Part shown: positions 36,101-45,898 of the stretch, in pieces
How the letters are laid out: each line of letters starts with the position of its first letter
Numbering within the stretch: the first letter of the stretch is position 1
From: Asterionella formosa
Taxonomy: Eukaryota
DNA length: 45,898 bases
NCBI GenBank assembly: GCA_002256025.1
Contig: NKIB01008387.1
Span: forward strand, 62,001 to 107,898
Direction of reading: 5' to 3'
Made by a program: the position numbers and the translations under genes
The notes under the pieces: model-generated
What the model saw: the letters and a program-made list of their open reading frames with translations, nothing else
Told to the model about the DNA's origin: nothing
Database searches by the model: none

Positions 36101-39100
36101 TGATGGAGAAAATCCAATCAAAGTAGGTGTAGTTTCTGCATTCGTCTTTTCGGCATACTTGAAAACGTCGGTTGTCACACGTTGCATTGTAGCCTGAGAG
36201 CAATGAGTATGTGTTGCTCGCTCGCCGTCTAATTTGAACGGGAGAGCCCCTGAGACGGGCGGAGTTCCCATTTGGTAACGAGAAAGGTTCGCCACATAGG
36301 AGTCTAACTTCATTGGTGCGAGTGGCTTCGACGCAAATGACTGTAGCTGTTTCACCGGGATGTTGACAGAAGCACAATTCTGTATGTCTAGATAAAACTT
36401 CGATTGCGAATAGTCAGAAATTCTTGGTACAACCCAAAGTCGATGTTGAGAATAGGACTCAGGACGGTTTAGGATCATTGTAGACCTTGGGGCGCTTTCC
36501 CTCAACACTGAAGGCAGCTGCAAAAGATTGCGAACACCCTCCTGCTTGAAATAAGCCGCGAGTTGCTCGAGAAGGCGGGTGACTGCGTCCCGACCTTGGA
36601 AGACACCCTTGAGTTTTGCCATACCACTCTCAATTTGAAACTTGGGTATGTTGGGATGGTTTGCCAATGTCGGATTTTCGGCGAGAATACGGAGAACGGA
36701 CATTTCCGCCGAAGTGCATTTGAAGTCCGAAGGGGGAAGCAAACGAAATAACATTCTTCCCCAGTTGTGAGGCCGGTCATTTGGATGCAACTTGAAGGCA
36801 ACTGTGTTGGTCATTAAGTCGTACAGGAGTGGAAATCCATACTTCGATGAAGCCATTTCGATGCCAGAAGAAAGAGCATTGTTAATGTACTCTAAAGCGC
36901 GGAGACCACCATATGCGATTTGATCTTCTTCAGGTCTCGAGTAGGCAGCACCAAAAAGTTTTGAAGAAATCATAGTATTCTTTGGGTTCTCCATAATTGT
37001 CATATCTGGCCCTTGATCAAAATTGTCAAAAGGTGGCATTTGTTCTGTCCCGAGTTTGATGGTTAATGACTTGTCAAGGGGGAGGCTCCTGAGACTTGTC
37101 ACAGCAGTCACATACGCTTTTCGATTTAGCAATGCTAAAGACAGCTTGTCCCTCGCAGTCGGGGCACAGAGCTGAAGAAGAAGTAACTCTTCCTCAGTCG
37201 TCAGCCGACAAGCCGACGAAACGTAAGGATGTTTCTTGCAATAGTCCTCCATTTCCTCTGCGACGCTCCAAGGGCAGCGCATTGCGTCATCTCCGCCAAG
37301 ACCAACAGTAACAACTGAAAGCTTCAACCTACAGGCATGTGCATCTGGATGGTGATCATTCCCCAAGAACTCAAGCTGGTCAAAAATTTGTTTTTCCTCT
37401 GGGCTCAACTCTTCACTGACACAAGATTCAACCATTTTAAAGACGTTCTGGTACGAACCAGTGATAAAGTACATTACCATTAGGTACATCGATGAAGCTA
37501 GAGAGGGTGTGACCAAGAAGGACCGAGAGTTATGAACAGGATACAAGTAGCATCTGACTTCGCCAATATTATCAATCCATTCTTGATTCCTCCTATCAAG
37601 GATCACTTGCACAGACAAGTGAGAGCCATTCATGTGAAGACGGCGAGGCAAGGCACATCCAGGAACCAGGACGAAAAGATCATTCTCGGCATTTTGGAGC
37701 ACTATAAAATGAGAAATTGACCCTAGCAATCTTTCAGCAATTTCTCGTGCCTCTGAAGACGTTGAGATGAAAAGGCCATCGTGATCATTGCTGTAGAGTC
37801 GATACTCGGGCGTGCCTTGAATTGAATCTACATGTTTAGCTTTAAAAGACAGATTGACTCGCGGGAGCTCAATGAAGTCAATAGAGCCAGCAGAATGGGC
37901 CGAAGAAATCCTTGATGTGCTCCAAAACAAAACGTGCGACAGATTGTCGAGTCGCGAAAGAAGCATCCCAATACGCTTCAACAATGACGAAGGTGGAGCA
38001 GAGAGGACATTCAATAGTGTCATGACCGGGCGATTCTGATCAGTATTATCTGCCTCTTGATTGGCATTTAGGCAAGGAATTCGCTGAATGAGGGCTTCAG
38101 CTTGTGAATTGCAGAAGCCGGTGTTGTCGAAATCGTCAGCCTTCGCCATGGATATTCTTAGCCTCGTTGATGGTTTTTCGGTTAATTCGTCGTCAGTATC
38201 GTCCTCCGATTTTGGCGGTGTTTCTTCGTACCCGATAATATTATCGTTTTCACTTTGCCAAAAAGTGTACCTTTCCACCAACGCTGTCGGTAAAAGACCT
38301 GCTAAGAATCTATCAGGTACTAATGTCTGTGTGCCAAGTTCCGCATTAAGGGCCCTTGTTATGATAAGCGAAGCATCAGGATGAAGCGTTGTCATCGGAA
38401 TCCCTGTAGAAAGAGACAAAATGCCTCCAACTCTGTCTGGATAAGGTTCTCCTGTGCCTTCGTGAAGACACAAAGACATGTTAGATGTGTACTCCAGCAC
38501 TCTCAAATGTCTCCTCCCGTATTCCTTTACGTTGTAGATATTGATGACAGGCGGATGCTGCCAGACAACAACTTCTTTCAAAGTATGCGTGTTGACAGTT
38601 TCAGAATTGCGCGGGTTTTCGATCCAACCTGACAGAACTACGAAGGGCTCCACTGATACATCATTCTTCGACATAAACAATTGAACATCTGGCAGAATCA
38701 AAGAGAGTTTTTCTTGAAGGACATCCGCAACCCACTTCTCACCAGCAAGTAGACCATTCGGGAATTTCCTGGTGAAGCTGAGATCCCTAGCTTCTTTAAT
38801 GTCATAATAGTTGCGACTGTCAGGGCCCCACGATTGTACGTCGTAACGACGACCGACAAGTCGCCACCAGTACCTATTGGTGGTATGCATAACTTCTGCA
38901 CATGCAATATCTGGCGAATCCTTCAGGGCAAAGTGACGAGTTGAAGCAAAGTCAGGATCATCCATAATTTGTTGGTTTAGCAAGGTCATCTTGTGATTCT
39001 GAAGAGTGAAGTCACTAAGTTGAAGATTTATTTCGATGCCAACCGCCTTCGTCGTGACATAGAGCATCCAGGCTTCAAAACTCTGACCTGGTTGCGGCAC

Positions 39101-42100
39101 ACGATAACTTCCATCTCGAAGTTGCAGGTCTTCAGTGTCAGGAATGAAACGACCATAACAGGTGGGATGCCCAATACTTTGCCAGTGCCTTTGTTTCAGT
39201 TCGGAATCACCTTTCTCCCGCGCTCCAGTTCCTGTAGCAATTCTCTCGACATCTTCCATAGCTCTATCTCCGTCAACTCTGTTTTCTCGAATAAACCGAA
39301 GAATGTTGTAGCGATGAGTCTGAATAATATCGAAAATTTCAGATTGTGCAATCTGAATAGATGGGGGTGGGTGCGTCGGGTTTGGTGTATCTTGCAGATC
39401 ATCGTATACGTTATTGCTGAAACGATGATTGATGGTCAAATATACTTGTGACGAAAGGATCACAGAAACAGCTCTGTAATCATAATCACCATATGAGTAA
39501 TTCTTGTACAAATACAGAAGATGGGCATGCACACGGCAACAGACGTCAACATCCTTGTTCCTCGTAGGGTCAATCCAATATTCCAGGGTAGGAATGGCCT
39601 GCGAGTTAATCATGTTGCGAATCTTTTTGAGGGCGCTTTCAACCTTTATGTTGTCCATGGACTCCAAACCTCGAGGCCTTGCCCGTCCTGGAATGCATTT
39701 GTTTAATGCGTATTTCATATATCCTTCAATGCGAACAGCCAACCGAATTGTATACAGAATCAATGGACCAGATGATGACACCTTTGTGTACTTCCCAACG
39801 TCCATGTCAAGCGCCCTTTCGAACATTTTGATTACACACGATGTTAAAACTTCAGGAGACTTAGCAATCTCATTGAAGAGAGTGCCATGAGGGGTCGCCA
39901 GAAGAGCCTTCAGCTTCTCTCGATCCACTACTGGAACTTCTGTTATGATGTCGGTGAAATCAGCGGGTCGCCAATTTCCTGGCTCAAACAGGCATGCATC
40001 AACGATCAGCTGCAAAGACTTGGTTTTCAAGCCAGAAAGACGTCCAGGGTCACCATTTGCGAAGAAGTCTAAAATGAGAGGAATTCGTATGTAAGGGACA
40101 GTTAAGAACTGAATGAATCGCTCAGCATCTGACGGTGACATCACGTTTCCAAATGAAGGCAATTCCTCTTTTGTCAAATGAAGGACATCATCCTCGTTTT
40201 CAACCGGAATAGGTTTGGCTCTAATGAATTTGTAACGAAGAAAAGTGTAAGCCACATGATGAATTTGAAATGAAAGAAAGTGACAGCGTTTCTTACCTTG
40301 ATTTTTGGAATTTTTCGCCACAGGAATTGACAACTGTAGTTGGGTCTGCAGACGATAATCGCTGCCGCTCTGTCTTCGATTTTCCGAACAATGACAGGAA
40401 ACCTTGGAAGGCACCAGGACCGGTTTGCACTGCGGCAGATTTGTCCACAAACTCTTGAGGAAAACCCTGGTATGCCATAACACTGTAGATCAGTTCAGGA
40501 TCTTCTTTTTCCTTCCTCTTGACATCCCATCGAAGAATAGCATCGGAAGGGAACCAGACTTGTGGCTTGTTGTCCTTCGGTTCAGCAGCCTGTGACTTGC
40601 CTGACACAGAGTGCTTGAAATGGAAAACGATATCACGGAAGTACTCAAAGTCAGGAAGAACTTCAACAATTGCTCCATTCCTCCCAGAGATCAGGGTAGC
40701 AGCATGATTCGCCCTTGCCTCGTTGGTTGCGGGATACGGCCTAGGCAAGGCCAATTGGATCGCAAGTTGTGTGATCAATTCTACATCACCTGCAGTCGAA
40801 GTGTCGCTTACATCGAAATTGAATATTGTGAGGTTGAATGTACCATCACGTCTCAGAGTTGATCCCCTCAAATAATCAAGACACTGGAAGCGTAGAGAAC
40901 ATATATTTGGGTCGTAAATTGGGAGATTTGAAGCTAGAGACTCGAACGATCCGGCTTCGATACCGAATGGCTGAGTTGGACCCTCGCAAAGACCTGAGTA
41001 ATGCAAAGCAAATGCACTAGGATCATCCACTGCCTTCACGCGGCAAATAGCATCTGCGACACAAGCTGCACAAGCAAAGGCGGTCGACCTAATAGCAATG
41101 AGTCCGCGCGATTGTTGAACACAAATGGTTGCTGCTGAGTAGATACGACAGATACGACGAATAAGAAACAGCAAATTGACTTGTGTTTCTCTTCGCATAT
41201 CGTTCTTCCTCCAGAAACAATATGCAGGGTCTAAATGTGGCATTGGAAGGATATTGGTGAGAGCATATTGTGCAGCTGAAGCAGCAAATGCAGGAGCGTT
41301 CTTGACTAGGCGGCGCTGTTGGAGTAGCAAACTGCAGGCATCTGCAATTCTTTGCAAGGAAGATGTTGCTGTTACGTAATCGGTAGCAATGGGTGGCAAT
41401 GTTTCGTCAGTCAGGACTGCAGGAATCAAGATTGGATCTGGGCGAGGAACTCCCATTAACGCTTTCACGACGTTTTCGTAGTTGTCGCGACGAAGCCTTC
41501 CAAACAAAGGGTGAGCGACTGATCCCGTCTCTGTGCGTAATGATGGGATAGTACCTTTCGAAAACGAGTCATTCATGGCAGTCACCGACAGGCCGTGATT
41601 GTGCTCATCAGTTACCTTTGATGAGGAATATGACAGTTTCTTGAGAAGCTTATCAAGTAAATCCCATGTACTGGATAGTGAAGTACCTAAAGAACCATCG
41701 CCAACTGACAAGGAGTCTATAGTTGACGCGTAGTTTGCAAGATTACGACCAGTCAATTTCAAAATACGACTATCTTCAGGATCCATAGAAGATGGTGGGG
41801 CGTTCTCTATCTCTGCATAGGCCAAGTCAACTGCGGCATTCATCACTAGTAAGGCCGAATACTTTGCCGGGCGAGCTCCTATTGATGGAGTGGTAGTTAA
41901 TACCAAACGAGCAAGAGGATGAAAGGACAAGGCCGAGATTTCGTCTGGAGGTTCCAAAAATTCATGAGGTCCTTGGTCCAAGTTCGACAGCAATGGCTGC
42001 GCATTCAGGGACGGTAGGAGTTTGGTATATAAGAATTCGGCGCTATTTCTCTTTGAGGGGTAAACCTGCATTCTGAAAAGGACAACCCAAAAGGTAGAGT

Positions 42101-43859
42101 CCATAATTCGTAGAGCAGGTATGTTCCAAATTGTCATCGCCATTTGCTTCAACTGACGCCCAGTTTCGGAATCAAAACTCGATGGATGATACTGCAGTCC
42201 ATCTCGTCCTGTGTTGCAGACAGTAAAGGAAAACGTGTTATTCCCACAGTTGCGGAGGATGTAGAGGCAAAGGTGTCCATACTCCGTCCGCTGCCACCCA
42301 CCGGGGACTACCAGCTGCTGATTTGGTTGAAGGTTTTCGATCAGTGACATCAGTACATTCACAAAGTTGAGAAACAACTGGTCTAGCTGTTTTCCGGAAG
42401 TACCAGCCGAATGGGGCAAAATGCCAATCAACTTGATGCATGCTTCACACGCCATGTGATTCGAACGAAGGAATGCCAACGGTGAGCTTCTAGAGGACTG
42501 TTGGCTCTTCCCGAGTCCAAAACGGCCTCGACCTGTTCTCGTTAAGTTGTCACTCTCAGCCACAACATGACAAACGAAACTGAGAGCTTTTGCCAACTGC
42601 TCATACATTCCAGCAATATCTTTCGATTTTTCTTGAGGAACCGGGGAACGACGAATGTAGGTATCCAATCCCATCATTGCCCAGAAGGGCGGCACACGAT
42701 AAATTGGAGAGAAACGTCGATTTGGGAGCTGCCCATCTGTTCCGGCCAAAAAGTCATAGGGGTTGAATGTGCTAGAGGAAGAGTGAATAGTCGAAGGAAT
42801 CCCCAGTCCAGTCTCCACTGCTTCATCATTGGACGAGTCAATGACTACGCCACTGGAACCAATGCCACCCTGAGTAGGCTTGATCGTCGCCTGTTGCCTT
42901 GTAAGTTCCTCCTTTTCCTTCCGCATCTGAGCCTTGATTGCGGCCTGCTCTTGTTCACGGCGCCGTTTGGCTTCAGCTTCGTCCAGTGAAACAGGCTTGG
43001 TAGAATCAGCAGGAACCGCCGACCTGGTGGTCGTAGCAGTAGGCTGTCCCTGAGGAAGAGCCTTGACTGGAGCAGGGATAGGTGACGCCACCCGAGTCTG
43101 GGCGACAGAAGCAGCATTAGCAGGCGACGATTTCTTTTGATTTGAAGCAGTCTTTGATGTAGTAGTTGTGGAGATCCCCAATCGAGCCATTGCAGCTGCA
43201 GTAGAATCTGGGCTTGCAGGAGATGCCGGAGGAGCAGCTCGCTGCTGAAGTACCACAGGAGGCTTTGTCGCGCCTACGGTCGAGGCAGGGGGCATGCCAG
43301 CCATACTCATTTGACCGCCAGAAAGTGGATGCGAGCCAGTAAAAGTTGGAGCAGGAAGTTCTCGGTTCTGAAAAGATGGCATTGCGGGTACTGGAGCCAA
43401 ATCTAGGCCTGCAAAAGGGTCACTCTCTGCAATTCTGAAAGCGGGAGTCGGGACCCCAAATCCAGGCTGAGGTCCGAAGCCGGTTGCAGCTGGCTGCCCA
43501 AAGCCAGCGACTGGTTGTTGCTGCTGATATCCAGATTGAGGGATCAGGGGGTTCGGCGTATACACCTGACGAACTTGTTGCTGTTGCTGGACCGAGGAGG
43601 TGAAGGTAACTTGTTGCATCTTTTGCTGCATACTTTGCTCATTTTGAGGGCTGAATGCAGCTGCAGACTGTTGAGGAGCAGCAGTGACGTAGGCAGGAGG
43701 AAACCACCCTTCTCTTCCACTGTACGATCCCCACCACCAAGCGTTTCCTTCCTGGCCAGCTTTCGCCGTCAAAATGGCACCTTGAGGAAAGGAGATCTGA
43801 GCTTGCCTGACGTCACCAGCAAAGGCGTGCTTCGCAATAAACGAAACTGTAGGAGCCAT
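30167..43859 (-). CDS. Giant multidomain protein (~4514 aa): SH3, Pro/Gln/Ala linker, DUF3638/DUF3645-type SF2 P-loop ATPase, poly-Glu, EF-hands, Vps62/DUF946-like C-terminus; exons 43859-40297, 40220-32320, 32247-30167
   Basis: SH3: FIAKHAFAG...ISFPQGAIL...WWWGSYSGREGWFPPAYV. Intron 40296-40221 (76 nt, GTAAGA...TTAG, phase 2) fuses the 1196-aa and 3438-aa ORFs in frame; a second intron lies at 32319-32248 (72 nt). ATPase motifs QMIMGAGKTT, LLLDEVD, GFSGT, QGAFRMR. DUF3645-like LAAVPFVGKDVPSRASQFSHPDV. EF loops DRNRDGLLDYDD and DQDKDGFINLDE. Vps62-like WEPVPPSEEFVALG...VWDDTGSGG. Confidence 0.88.
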
Positions 43860-44246
43860 GATCCCTTGTAACGGTCCAGGCAAATGTTTCAGTGGAAATG
43901 GTCAGTTTTTCACTTCACAGCGGATCAGCGAAATGGAACCAATCGCGTCCCTCCGCGAGGTACAATGCTAGACCAGGGAGGATTAAGTCTCGAAATCAAA
44001 TGCCAAACTCTTGGTTTCGACACAGATCACTGTTTCGATACCTTCTAAGCTTCCACAATAGTTTGATTGTGAAAATGTGATCACCCTTTAAGACCAATGC
44101 TGGATCGTGATTGAAGGCTCAGATCAGTATGCTAGAAGCATGCATGAATTGCAATTTTGGAACTTGAAATTCACGACAACTTTGGAAGCACTCCCTCGAT
44201 GAATCTTATGGAACAAGCCACACCATCACACGCGTTGTTGCAATGT

Positions 44247-44428
44247 TACCTGGTACCATACCAGGGCGGTAAGAACCATCATTTTAGCGAGACTATAAGG
44301 TACCCTGGTACCGGTACCAGTATTTATGTATTGTACTGCTACCTGGTACCAGGTATCAGGTACTGGTTACCAGGTAGCTGGTGCGAGGGGTAACAGGTAC
44401 CAGGTACCATACCGTGGTACCTGGTACC
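44247..44428. repeat. Degenerate TACCAGG/CCTGGTA heptamer array, mixed orientation
   Basis: e.g. tacctggtaccaggtatcaggtactggttaccaggtag and caggtaccaggtacc. Confidence 0.85.
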
Positions 44429-44754
44429 TCCGACCATAACATTGTACGGGAATGTATGTAAGATACATGACAGATTGCTAATGATTATTTCCATATTCAT
44501 ACACTCGATGTTGTATTCATGCAGTATGATATCGTATTGCTTGCCTTCCACTATGTATACGCAAACCCCCATCAAGGTCCGGTAATCGAGATGTTTAGCT
44601 TTACCTTTTCGAAAGTAGAAGACGTGTTTTACCGGACCTTCCCATAGGAATGGATGTATTCATTTATGTATTCTCCAGCAATTTGGACCGTAACAGCCGA
44701 AGCCGTTGCGGTGGGGACACAACAATTGGTGCGCGCTATTGCATCAGATCATAC

Positions 44755-44849
44755 TACCAGGTACCAGTTACCAGTACACGGACTAATTAACTGAGCGATG
44801 GGATACCAGGTACCAGGTGCCCCCAAGGATCACTACCATGGTACAGGTA
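44755..44849. repeat. Second degenerate TACCAGG cluster
   Basis: taccaggtaccagttaccagta and ataccaggtaccaggtg. Confidence 0.75.
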
Positions 44850-45128
44850 TTAATAAATATACGTGCCGACCTGAATACAAAGTTAGGTACGAGGTGAGCA
44901 ATCCTGCACATCGATACAGATATATATAGAGTTAGGGTTATATCAAATACATCGGAATTCAATAATGAGAGAACCCGACTAACATCCATTCTATACTTTG
45001 ATGACAGTTCAGGAAATGAGTTGTACATAAGGATTAATTTATAAGCTCATATATTCAATAAATACTACTACTTCTAGTTAGATACTTCACTTTGAATTCA
45101 AAAAGAGTCGAATTAGAAGACAACAAAC

Positions 45129-45898
45129 ATGGCAATGTATTCAAGGGTTCCTGTGATTCCTTTGATCAAAGACTACAATGTATTGACCATCAAGACTAAA
45201 ACGTTCAGAGTTGCTTTAACCGGTGGAAGGTTTGAATCGTTTGATCAAGATATGATCGATGGAAGCTCAGTGGAAGCATTGTTAATTGGAGTGAGTCAAT
45301 TTCGTGACATGGCTAACACATGTGACTTTAGCCCTGCAGATACCTTTTCCTACTTTAAAAGGTGTTTGACAGACATTGCCTTATCGGATTGGTTGAATGT
45401 GTAAGTACACCCAGAAGATCAATCTTATGATAGTTTCGAAGAAGCGATGGTTTTATGGTTAGACGATTGTTTACCAAATGAGAGTTTTCAACATCAACGA
45501 CAATGGATGCTACGTTATTTATCTAAAACCTTTTCTATGTTGGTAATGGATTTCGGAGCTCGTATTAAAACTTTTAACAGGCTACTTCAACTAATGCCTC
45601 ATCCAGAAGATCAAGTTGGATTGTCAAAAGAAGATATACGGATTATCATTATCCGTTCTATGCCCGATGAGTGGCAACAAGAGTTTGAATTAAATCATGC
45701 AAAGACTTCAGACCAATCGATTCGCTCGGTTCTCGCTTACTTCGAGAGTCAACAATCGTTTAAGGATCGAAACAAGCATCTTCCCAAGAACAGTTTTCAA
45801 ACAATCACACAGAACCGTCTTCGCATTGCTGAAGGCAATCGTGTGATGCGTCAAGAAAACGAGCGTGTCAGTCGTCAATTCTACAAGGATAATTTTAC
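45129..45898 (+). mobile_element. LTR-retrotransposon (probably Ty3/Gypsy) gag-like ORF with one in-frame stop; runs off the window
   Basis: FSYFKRCLTDIALSDW...*...SFEEAMVLWL...QRQWMLRYLSKTFSMLVMDFGARIKTFNRLLQLMP...LSKEDIRIIIIRSMPDEWQQEF resembles stramenopile gag capsid patterns. Single TAA at 45402-45404, then the same frame stays open to the window end. Confidence 0.7.

Noticed and set aside
40221..40483. N-terminus MLWHTRVF... of the 3438-aa ORF as an independent gene start
   Set aside because: It overlaps exon 1 in another frame plus intron 1; splicing explains a single gene.
44727..44745. Possible tRNA primer-binding site (tggtgcgcg...) for the gag element
   Set aside because: No preceding TG...CA LTR could be defined and no specific tRNA match can be verified by eye.

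Overview
Eukaryotic nuclear DNA, most likely a diatom or related stramenopile (inferred from compact genes, 67-82 nt GT-AG introns and the transposon types). There are six apparently intact host genes: a 5'-truncated TPR protein, RAD51C (2 introns), an M16A insulinase-like metalloprotease with a C-terminal membrane anchor (1 intron), a short HhH endonuclease III-like protein lacking catalytic residues, an F-box/Kelch protein, and a ~4514-aa protein (SH3 - Pro/Gln linker - possible protease-like region - DUF3638/DUF3645-type SF2 ATPase - poly-Glu - EF-hands - Vps62-like; 2 introns). Between them lie AT-rich blocks of decayed mobile DNA: a Ulp1-like protease relic, a Mutator-like transposase, a trypsin fragment, a tyrosine recombinase, three copies of a non-coding element ending in a long rod-like hairpin, TACCAGG arrays and a retrotransposon gag at the right edge. 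The best leads are the giant SecA-like ATPase, the hairpin-ended repeat family, and a copy-specific TACCAGG heptamer found at a TACCG site. All calls come from reading motifs by eye; no searches were run.
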